From NCBI GenBank assembly GCA_024704765.1, contig JAKMXF010000035.1, positions 1 to 64,000 on the forward strand: a stretch of 64,000 bases of DNA. The letters are read 5' to 3'. The translations under genes and the position numbers were made by a program. The notes beneath the pieces were generated by a model. The model saw only the letters and a program-made list of their open reading frames with translations. It did no database searches and was not told the DNA's origin. Source of the DNA: Oopsacas minuta. Its lineage: Eukaryota; Animalia; Porifera. Below, piece by piece: positions 10,412 through 21,900 of the stretch. The stretch's first letter is position 1. Each line of letters begins with the position of its first letter.

Positions 10412-11638
10412 ATGGCAACAAATCAGCCCATAATTGTACCAATTAATGAATTCGCACAATTCAATTATGTCACTACTCAAATCAAGATTGTATTCGATCT
10501 CCTAATCCAGCAGCTGATCGCGAGGAGGGACGCTCTCCTAGGGAAACTCAAAGATATGAAAGAGGAATATTTATCAAAAGAGAGCACCCGTAAGGCAGCC
10601 ATGGAGGAACTGGCCAATACCCAACGACACGTGGAGAAGCTAAGTCTGAAAGTTAATGAGAACAAAGATCTCCATCAACAGGCCACTGACCTATATCAAC
10701 AGCGCATCAAACAGCTGGAGACTCCTACGAAACTCCAACAGCCATTTTTCTCTTGTACAATGCTGTCCCAACTACAAACTCAGATCGCTGAGTTCGGAGA
10801 GGTGAAAGAATGGGAGCTAGACTACTCTCTGAAGAAAGAACCTATTCTAGCTGTTGGGAAGCTTGGGAAAGGTAACAATGAATTGAGTGCTGGAGGTCTA
10901 TCTCTAGATGAACCAAATCAATTAATTTACATAGCTGATTGTGGTAACAGTCGTATTCAAGTTGTGTCTTTTGAAGGAAAATTCTTGACAAGATTTGGAC
11001 AAGACATACTCAAGAGCCCATGGGGAATAGCTGTGACAGAAGAAAGCGTCTTCATTACGGACAGCGAACTCCACGCTTTGTTACAGTTTAACAAGAAGGA
11101 TTACATACTAGTGAAGAGGAGTAAGAACGGAGCAGGAGATGGAGAACTAAATGAACCACATGGACTCTGTGTTGACTACAATAGAGACGTGTATGTTGCT
11201 GATTACTACAATCGCAGAGTTTCTATATTCTCCAAAGCTCTTGAATTTGTTAATTGTTTTGGTAGTCAACAGCTAAAATGGCCTCTGGATGTTAAAGTTA
11301 CTCCTACTAGCATTGTAGTGCTAGATCAAAGTCCTAATTGTGTCCTCCTCTACTCGAGAAGTGGACACCTTATGTCCTCATATATTAGTAATGGAAAGGA
11401 TGATGTGGTGCATTATCCCGCCTTCTTTAGTTTGGATGTAGCAGGGAATATTCTTATCACTGATATTAACCGTCACAATATCAAGATACTATCTCCATCA
11501 GGAGAACTAATACACACCATAGGGAGGGAAGGACATGGGAGAGGAGAATTTATACGTCCATTTGGTATCAGTATTTCAGTATTAGGAACTATTTTTGTTA
11601 TATCTCTTAATCCTAATTTCTGTTTACAAGCATTTTAG
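10412..11638 (+). CDS. Intact intronless coiled-coil + NHL-repeat beta-propeller protein (TRIM-NHL-like, no RING or B-box)
   Basis: 408 aa. An N-terminal coiled coil is followed by NHL repeats (IYIADCGNSRIQVVSFEGKF; PWGIAV; EPHGLCVD..VYVADYYNRRVSIF; RPFGISI). Confidence 0.9.
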   Translation: MATNQPIIVPINEFAQFNYVTTQIKIVFDLLIQQLIARRDALLGKLKDMKEEYLSKESTRKAAMEELANTQRHVEKLSLKVNENKDLHQQATDLYQQRIKQLETPTKLQQPFFSCTMLSQLQTQIAEFGEVKEWELDYSLKKEPILAVGKLGKGNNELSAGGLSLDEPNQLIYIADCGNSRIQVVSFEGKFLTRFGQDILKSPWGIAVTEESVFITDSELHALLQFNKKDYILVKRSKNGAGDGELNEPHGLCVDYNRDVYVADYYNRRVSIFSKALEFVNCFGSQQLKWPLDVKVTPTSIVVLDQSPNCVLLYSRSGHLMSSYISNGKDDVVHYPAFFSLDVAGNILITDINRHNIKILSPSGELIHTIGREGHGRGEFIRPFGISISVLGTIFVISLNPNFCLQAF

Positions 11639-14223
11639 TTTGTTGTTTGTGTTATTTATTAGAATATTTCCTTTATTGATATTATTCACATATTAAACTT
11701 GTTATTTATATTTATTTGCAGTTTAAGTGTTAGGCATTGAGAACTTTGATGAAACCAAATTCATTTGTTAAACATTTCCATAATTCATTCTCTGAGAAGC
11801 GGACATATCCTTATAACAGACAAATCCACTTCCCAATCTGTCCTCTCTTCTGTATTTTGTCAAGCTTAACCTAAGTTGACGAATTCATAGAAATATCCTC
11901 AAGAATAATGAATATAATTCAAAATGAATTATTCATTATTCATGAATTAGTCAACTTGGAGCTTAACTAATTATATACGAATTACTTTCCATAAATAGAT
12001 TCTTATTTCATACTAATACGATTTGTGATTAAGAAATCTATCTGAGACCGCTATCTGTTTCCCGCGCGTTTGTCCAAGATTTCCCCGCCCGAATCCAGAT
12101 ATCATACAAAGAGCTTATTGCTGCGAAACAGTTTCTTGACAACCAACCGAAGGTTAAGAATGTCCCCCATAATGGATTGAAACATGGAAATGAGAGAATT
12201 CGACTACTCAGTGACGAAACTCAACGAATACTAATACGTGAAATAACCCCGCCTAAAAAGTAACACACGTGACATTCAAACGACACTACTTCGTATCCTA
12301 GCAACCATGGAATGCTACGATTTCCCAAAGTAATCAATTCGATATTGAGGTGTGAAAATCTAAACAGACAACCAAAGATTCTCAGAATACGAACACGCAG
12401 GATTTGTGGGAAAAATTCAACCGATGTTCTTCTCAATTAGCAGAAATACATAGGCATAAAGAAACTGGAAAATATTCTGCTAGAGATATTGACAGAGCTA
12501 AAATGTTATGGCGAGTTCATGGGGGAATTGTTGTCATTTGTTAAATCAAATATTTGTACAATCATAGTGTAATATAACGAAATAAACACAAGATTGATAC
12601 TTCATACAAATTCCAAATTCCAAATTGAGTATTAGGCAATCATGGAGACGTGTCATAAGTCAGTCGTTGGTCATGGGTCGAACCATTCCTATCTGATATG
12701 GTCCTGTTTTAGCTGTTCATTAATTACAAATATTATTATTATTCTTTAGTGATGAAATGTGTCAAATAACTGCTAATATGATAATCACAGATATAGAATT
12801 CTGTATATCTCATCCTATTGAAAACGAATTGTGGTATACTGGGATATATTTGGTGATAGAGTTTCTCAGAGATAGGTCAAGACACAATCATGGTAAGTTA
12901 CCGGAAATACACACCTACAGTTACGTACTTAACGACCCATTTGTAGCTGATTCACTTGAGGTTTTCTTGAAATCTTATATTTCAATTCCCTGTCTTTCTA
13001 TTTGTATATTCATAATTACATGTAATATGAATTTTTCACTCTTTTCTGAGAAAATGCTATTAATACCCAATAACTTCCTTTATTCTAGAACTGTGCTATT
13101 CAAACTTTCTAGGTCGCGGCCTCAAAATATCTCCATCACAATTCCACGGATCCCTGCTTTTGGTCTCACTTTAATAAATATACTTTGTTATTATTATTGT
13201 ATTATATCAGTATTGTCAATTAACTCATCTTCATCAGATCCCGAAATATCTTGACAATCTGTATAGAGTCTATTACCTTAGTTAGGTAAGTATCCAGTCA
13301 TCCCCACTTTCGTTTGGTGATAAATTTCCTTTTAGCGCTATTGCTATTTAGCGTTCCATTTCCTTCTGAAACCCTCTATACAATTCGTGAATTTCGTTAA
13401 CTTTAATTCTTGTAAGTCAATGGACAGAATTTCCTTTAATCTATTCTCGTACTCCTTCAACATCATTACAGCTTCTGAAGGTGTTACCTGGCTCGTGTTT
13501 GTTGCCATTTCAAATATTCTTTGTCTTCAGTTTATATTTATGTATTATAAATGTTGTATCAGTTCTTTTTATAGAAATATCTCTTCTTTATATTTTGTAT
13601 TAGAATTAAGTTATACTTTCAATGTGAAGTAATGTGTTTCATAATGTGGCTTAATAATCGACACAATTAGCGACACAATTACATAATTGCTTTCTATGAA
13701 ACTGAAATCTCAAAATTTCATTTTCAATGTGAAAGTACTATTTTAGATATTATTGTTGTTTACTTAAGGGAGTATAATCATAGTGACGTAATGATAATCT
13801 ATTAATAGCGCTTAGGAAGTTATAATAATGATAAGTATTGCTATTACTAACCACAAATCTCTAATATAATTCTGTGTAATGTTTGTAATATAATTAACTG
13901 TAATGTATTTGTATTGATGGAGACTGTAATTCTATTGGTCAATACATCCTATTAAATCAATGAATACTGATATTCAGTTTGAGCGGTTTCAATATTGTAC
14001 TAAATATATATACACACTGATTTATCATATGATTAATCATATTTTCACACCTTCTGGTGAACATTTCAAAATTATCCTAGAGATTAGCTTCCACGTATTA
14101 AATAGGGGTAAACAGGGACGTAGAATTCGATTTTAACATTTTACATGTCTAACAAGATTAGTAAATTCAATTTTATTTCTTTGCTAAAATAGATATTTAG
14201 TATAATACCATAATTCCTCTATC

Positions 14224-15395
14224 CATGTCGGCACCGGAGAGAGACACTTATGTACAAGACAAGTGCGACATTTGTGTACAGATTTCTGTATATTATGTAA
14301 AGATTAAGATCCATCTATTAAATTTACAAGTATTGTAGTTTCTTATAAGTTACAATTTGGTCTAAGAGAATGATCCACGCAGAAAAATATTCAAGCATAT
14401 TGTTGTTACTATGTCAAGTGTTTGTGTATTATTCACCATGCAAATAAGTGTACTATTAACTAATCACATGAATTGTTATCGTGTAACTCATTCAAAAATT
14501 AGTTGTTGAAATTCATAATGAGTTGATACAGGTTCGCTCATGATTGTAAATACGTAGGATTGCTTCTCAGTCCAGTTTCCGTCTCTTATATATTATTCAT
14601 TCCTAAACTCTAATTAATACATTCTGAATTCAAATAGATTATTTATCGATATTTGGGGATACATTCATTGAACACTAATGGACTGATCTCGTGCAGATAA
14701 CACGCGCATCGTCTCTCAATCGTGAAACTACCTCGTAAACACAGAAAGTTTTATCTTTACTGACAAATACATCATCGGAAGTATTAACTGCCCTGGTCTT
14801 CCCGAAACGGAACTGTGAGTATATTATTGAGCGTTTGTCCCTGGAATTGGATGAAGTATTCGGAAGCTCGGAAATCTTGCTTGAAGGCAGCATACAAAAT
14901 CACGTTAGACAAACCCTTATAAATAATAAAATCAATAGTAAATTGAATTTGAACATTCCTGTAAAGTTGAGTAGATCTGGAATCTTAATGTGGACATAAG
15001 GGGTTCAATTAATATGAGTCATTCTTGAATTTTCTTTTATAAAATATAGCAAATTTTACTAAACAAAGAAAATATTTGTATTACATTTAACATCTCGAAT
15101 GCCCGTTAACTCAAACATTCTTTATTTCGAACAGAATTTGACTTCCTCTGAGGGTTGGAGATAACGGATCTTGACTGTATATGTGTACAAGAAGAGAAAT
15201 TCTATTTATTATCGCAAATGAAAGATTCTACTGGTGTGCAGTACGCCGAATTAAAGGGAGCTGTAACTTTAGACTGATTTCTAAGTATTTACACAGAAAA
15301 ACTGTACACACATGTCTCTGTACACAAGTGTAGCACTTTCCTTGCACACAAATGTCCCTGTACATAAGGGTCGTACTTCTTGTCGGCACAGACGG
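14224..15395. mobile_element. Degenerate ~1.2-kb element with imperfect terminal inverted repeats
   Basis: AAGTGCGACATTTGTGTACAGA (~14260) versus the reverse complement near 15330, AAGTGCTACACTTGTGTACAGA; both ends also share CTTATGTACA. Confidence 0.4.
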
Positions 15396-15822
15396 TGATT
15401 CGAGATTTTCAATTTATGTATTAGGTCAATAAATTAAAGTGGTGGTCCCAGGGGAGGAGGAAAACGGGCCATTTGCTCTGGTCCGTCTCCAGGGCTGTCA
15501 AATCTTCGGACCAGCACTGTCTATTATATAACATGATTTAGCCTCGGCCTAACCCGGTATGCAGAATCTTGGGACCCCAGCGTGAGGTTTTACCCTCTGT
15601 ATGTTCGTTGTCAAGAATTTTATCGAAGACTTACAGATAAATCCGAAACACATACATTATACGTGAGTGTAATAAAGGATAAAATATAAGAAAAGAAACG
15701 AAATGAAAAGTATACGAAACTACTTAGTAGACTAAAAACTAGGATATTAGTTCAAAAATCCTACTAAAAACAACAAATAATCAGTATTGTTAATAATAAC
15801 CTTCTGCTACTTGAGTGAGGCA

Positions 15823-15943
15823 TTAGAACACTGTTTCATTGAACTCTTCTTTGTAGCACACATTCACGTTTGAGGTTACATCTGTTGCATCCACATGCTC
15901 TTCTATTTCAAACTCTTCACCTTGCTTTGCACATGCCTTCGGA
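15823..15943 (-). CDS. Probable last exon (cytoplasmic tail) of the giant gene
   Basis: A pyrimidine-rich acceptor in phase 2 matches the donor AA|GTAAGT at 19404 and gives ...[41 protein letters not shown]. Confidence 0.6.
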
Positions 15944-18900
15944 CTATAGGGTAGATAGAAATAGAAATATGAGATATTACACTAGTTCAAGGATGTTATA
16001 CCATAATTTGTCCAAATTGTAATGAGATAAAATGTATTTTGAGTTACAGTCGACAACCGTTAATTCGAACACATTTTGTAATGCAATATGGTACATACAA
16101 CTTCGAGATTTAGAATCAACTCTGAGAAAAGGTGACAAAATGTTCTATAACTACATTTGAATAATACTAGCTTTTCGCTTGCTAGGTCGCTGCGGGACAA
16201 CTTAGTGCTTCATGCTAACTTGAGCATTAAACAGATAATTTCTTAGTGCTTTTGGTCGCTATGCGACAGGATATATCCTCGACACTCATGCCTCGAGGTT
16301 TATTATTCCGGAAATTATAAATTTTAATTATCCATAGTCCATCCTAATTCCATTTAATGGCCTTCTGTGGTAACACCGGAGTTGCCAAATAGCTTAGGTT
16401 TGTAATATGGGCACTTCGTGTCTCGAGTAATATGAAATTCTCAAAAATATCGAAATTTGGAGAATTTTGATTTTTTGTACAGTCATGATGACTAATAATG
16501 CCATGATAAGTCAGTATTTAGCCAAATCATGACGTCAGGACATTTGTCACATTGAGGGTTATCTGTGATTAAATTTACAACCTCTATCATTCATATTGGC
16601 TGAGCAGTGGTTAATAAGTGATTTACGAAATTCCGAAAAGGTGACAATGACGTCATAATTCGTCATAAGTGTGAATTTTCTTCGGAGCCAGACCCAAAAG
16701 ACTCCTGTATGTCAAATTTCAGCTTTGTGGCTCTCACAGTTCTTCAATAATATTCGAGCATATCGACATAAATACCTTAATAGGAAATGTACACCTAGGA
16801 ACCTATATATTTAGGGCATTTTAAACTTATTATGTCAGTCTAGCACTTCGAACAAGTGGAACAGCTAATAAAATCCACATTTGAGAAGATTGTTAGAGTA
16901 GCTAATGAGAAAAGAGATCTGTGTTGCTTGTCCAGCTGTTTGACTTGAAGCAAGACTTTCTTAAGACCGAACAGGACAGGACAGACAGGATCTGGATCAG
17001 CTGATCAGACAAGAAACGGAAACCAGTAATCGAATTCAACAAAATACTATCTTGAGAGTCAAAGAGGATTATATAAATAATCTAAAAAAATGAAGAAGAA
17101 ATGTGCCAACCAAACACCCAATCAATTCCCTTACTTCAACACTAAAGGTCTAGAATCTCTCCTCAAACAGCTGGAGATGTTGGGATATTTTCAAGATACC
17201 GCTTTACTATACAGAAACAAGATTGAGCCGGTCAGAAGCATTGGGAAACATGGCAGTAAGAAAGGAGAGTTATATTTCCCTACTGGAATAGCTCTAGATG
17301 GAGAGAAGATCTACATAGCAGATGCAAACAGTAGAAGAATACAGATCTTCTCTACAGAAGGTAAGTTCATTCATGAATTTGGTAAAGGGCAGCTGGATAC
17401 TCCATGCGGTATAGCATTATATAAGGAATGGGTGTTTATTAGTGATAGGGGACTTAATGCTGTAGTTAAATTCTCAAAAACAAATTCCCAATTAATTAAG
17501 AGTTTAAGGAAGGTGTTAGTTACCCCTGTGGTCTAACAACTGACACGAATGGAGAAGTGTTAGTTGCAAATTGTGATAATAATAGAATTGTAGTATTCAG
17601 CTCTGATTTAGAGTATATTAAAGAAATAGGAAAAGACAAACTCAGAAGGCCGAGTGACGTCAAAATACATAATAATAAGATATTTGTAGCAGACAAAAAT
17701 ATGATTAATAATATACACATATTCTCTAAATCAGGTGATTTATTGAAAAGTTTCATAAAATTAGAAAATATACTAATAGGTATTTATATGTGTTTTGATT
17801 TGTATAATAATATTATAATTAGCGATTTTTGGGGGAATTCAATTCAGATATTTACTAAAGATGGACAGCTGATACACAAAATAAAATGTAATAATCCTAC
17901 AGGAATAGTTGTTAATAATAACTTTGATATTATTTGTGCTAGCTATAGTAGTGTAATAAATATATATTAATTGCATTGTTGTTGTGTAATTATTTGTTCA
18001 TAATAATTCTAATCTTTCACACGCGCTGCGACTTGTGAAGAATTTGTGATCGCATGGAACTCGGCACTTCGTGCCTCGAATTTAGCAATGTTTAATTAAT
18101 AAATTATTCTTCAACTGCTTGATTACTTTAGATTCATAAAACAACAAGAAAATTACATATGAGAAACTTAAATGCGAAATTCGGATCAGCGTACCTACCT
18201 TATTGTAGCCGCTAAGAGCAAGTCTCTACGTACATTTTGAGATTTCAACTATTTAAAATATACACATTAGAAAATTTCCAGAGCATTAAGCGCTCCTTGC
18301 TGAGAAAACGAGCGCACTCCGGCTCGAGCTCCAGGAAAATGGAGCAGACTCCTTTTTCATTCTTTTCAGATTTACTTTGGATTTGTATTTCTTGTATTCA
18401 GGATTGAATTTAACTATTCTACATTCGTGAAATTACTAAATTGTGAATTATAAAAAGTGTCCCAGCATCCACTGTTTATAGCAAGAATACTGAATTTATG
18501 CAGAATAACTATGAAATTTGTAAATTGATTGCAATTAAATAGGAGCGCGCACCAGGAGCGCCGCTCTTTGGAGCACGCTCCTTTAATGTTCTGAAAATTT
18601 CTAACGTCAGGTGCACGTCTAGGTCACTACGAGTATACATACCAAATTTGGCGTTTTAATCTCCAAAGGTGTGAACAGGAGAGCGAACTCATACACATAT
18701 ATACAGTCAACAACTGGTAACTGGAGCTCTCAGGGGAAATCAAAATCTGTTCGAATTAATGGATGTTGGCCGTATATAAATATACACAGTTCAACCTCTA
18801 TAAGCTGGAAGTCTTGGGGCTGTTCATATGTTACGTAGCACTTTAGGAGTAGTAATGCATTGCACAGTTAAAATAACCTCAAGTGGGGAGTTTTGCAATA

Positions 18901-21900
18901 AAGTTCATTGAAATATCAATTTTCGGGTAATATTGGAAAATAATCAAATAAACATTCCTGATCATTGAAATATTTTCATTTGTAGGAATTATTTATTCTC
19001 CAAATCAGAGTCATTTCTTTATTCAAAGATCATTAAAGAAACACTCATTGGAGGAAGTGGCTATACAGATTGATTCTAAAAGCCTGGTTAAAAGCAAGGT
19101 TGAACCGATCGAACCGAATATCAGTATTCATGAATAGTTGCTTGACCGAATACTGATATTCGCTTGGTGACCAAATATTGAACTGTTCGGTTGTAACCTT
19201 GGTGAATAGGCATTTACCGTTGAAAGTATAAATGGCGATAAGCCGTATCAGAATTTTCGCCGCACAGACCTCCTCCACTTATAGAGGTTCTATTATATTA
19301 GAAACTAAGTCAACCATTTTAATACTGATCCACTATACATTGATATAGTCGACAGTCAGCACAGTAAAAAGCAAATTTGTAGAGTATCCTTATAATTAAC
19401 TTACTTTACGATAAGATGTACTTTCATCTGCTTCTTCTTAAGATATATCCCAACAACCAAAGCAACAGCAGCTATAATAAGAATAACTATCAATATTGAT
19501 ATCACTATAGCAGCTATTGCTCCTCCACTGATAGAGTTGTACCGAAAGCATGGCCATTCTGGCTGACAAATACACTGAAACCTTCCATCATCAGTAACGT
19601 TACATGTTGTATTGAAGGGACAGGGCTGTGCGTAACAAGGATTAGCAGTATTACATCTCCTTGACATCCAAGCTGGAGTACAGTTACAGCTGTAAGCTTC
19701 TGTGAAGTCATCTGGAGTGAGTAATGTATTGCATTCTGGATCTACAGCTGGCCCCTATTGATGAGATTGTATATAGTATGGAAGTGGAAGCTCACTCCTA
19801 ATTATAAAATCGCCAATATTAATACACTTACTATACAAGTTGCATTGTTGAGACAAGGTTTGTATCTAATATACAGAGAGAATATATGAGCTAGTGAGTA
19901 AGCTCCTGATATATCCTCTGCTACAACTCCCATTCTATCAGGTCCATAGTAATCTGAATAAGCTGTGTAGTATAGAGATACGGTGCTGCTCGAAGGTACG
20001 TATTCAGAGGGAATATTAGGGTTATCTGACGGATTAATCTCACTCACTATTAGCTCACAATATGTGCAGTTCAAGTAACTAGAGAGAAACAACACAAGTA
20101 ATGTATACAACATACAGTAGACTCCGCTAATAGGGTCACATCAGCACCAGGCCATTTTGTTCCGTGTAAGCGCATATGCAGATGTTCCTTTGATTTAAGT
20201 AAGGCATATATTGAGTATCTATCACATTCAATGAGAATAATATAGCTAATGGTATTTACCTGAATCTAACTAGATCATCTTCATCAATATCATAGCTGTC
20301 TACGGTGATATCAATACTAGCAATAGAATCATTCTCCTCTCTGTATAGAGTTATTATATCCTCAAATGTATTATTCAGTAATATTATAGGAGGATTATTT
20401 ACTGCTAGAATCTCTACAGTTATTTCATTGCTCGCACTCAGTGGAGAACCGAGTAATGCTGGTGTACCTGGAGAAGAAATACGGTAATTCGAGTTATACC
20501 GAGTGCTCTAGACCTGGCGGCCTTCGTTGTAAGTGGAGTAAATCAATTACTTTCAAGTTTTAGGGGTAATGAATTACTTCGTCATAACCAGAGTTTCGTT
20601 ATATTCAACTTGGTTATAATGAGAGTTTACTGTACTTCGAATAGTAAGTAGAAATGTTTCGGTACTTGGGTGGAGTAAGAACAACTCTTTACTTAATCGA
20701 TCATAATTTCTAAATGTGCTCAATCCTGGGATTGAAAGCACTAATTGGATTAGCGAGTCGTATTTTGAATGTATTTTTCTTGCTAATACGGGAATTTCTA
20801 TTAGAGGAAGTATTTGAATACAAAATGGACTCTTAAATCATGAAAAACCTTTCAATAATCAACCACCAATAATGACATTTCATTAATATAGAGTTGTCAA
20901 CTTTCGTAAATATCTACCGTGAGATTTGTCATAATATTAGTTGAATTTTGCTAGTTTTTGAAATGCTATTGACCCACCAAATTGGCGCAATAATTTTCAT
21001 TTCGTTAAGAATCACTTCAATTCCCCGCCTTAAATTGAAAGTGAAAATGAAAGTGAGATTGTGTTCAGATAGGTGAGTCTCATTTTGAATCTGTGAGACT
21101 AGACACCTATACATTAAGATACTAGATTCATACCAGTCTCAGTTATGTCATACTGTATTGTTGCATTTCCAAAGCATCCAGTACAAGGAGTTACAGACAA
21201 TACACCGTTAACAATAGCAACATCCAATGTAGATGGTACATCAACAAGATTTTGAGAATTAGCTTGTGTGAATACTACAGAGGTAAGGTCGTATGCTACA
21301 GGATCATTCTGTGCGTCTGTGTAGGATAGGACGTGTTCAATGGTACCAGAGTCCCCGCTAATACTGATACAGGGGACTGTATCTGGTACTGGAGAAGTGT
21401 CCACGAATTCTGAGTCTGCTAGGATTAAAATGAACTGCCAGGGCTTGTTACACCGCTAAATAAAGACAAATATCATAAGATATAATTACAAGAATATAGT
21501 ATACATATACTGGCTAAAATGAGTGAAGAAAAAGCGGGACGGAAGATAATAATTATAATTTAGCGGGAAATCGCGGGCAAGAGCATATTAACATTAAACT
21601 GATCTAGAAAAAAGCGGGACTATTAAGGTTTATGGCAGGTTTTGGCGGAGCATACGCCTCAACTGACACCTGAAGGGCGGGACCTCGGATAACACTCCAC
21701 AGGATACGCTGAATGGTACAGAGGGTTCAAGTGTGAAAGAGTTTTTGGAACCTCTTCATTAGCTAATTTGGATTTCCATTCCATCTTTTTCTCCAAGCTA
21801 TTTGGTTGCAATAATAATGAATAATAAACTCCTACCGAATAATAACGACACACAATTATATTTGTATTTGTTAATAATTACAAGAATAATTAATCCCAAT

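Noticed and set aside
12100-13510. Coding-like fragments, including a MATNTSQV... coiled-coil start at 13508 on the minus strand
   Set aside because: Multiple stops and shifts and no identifiable family; possibly an old gene relic.
21460-21860. Possible transposon insertion splitting an exon of the giant gene
   Set aside because: A good in-phase acceptor exists at 21456, so no insertion is needed; the GCGGGA repeats are probably just a MITE remnant.
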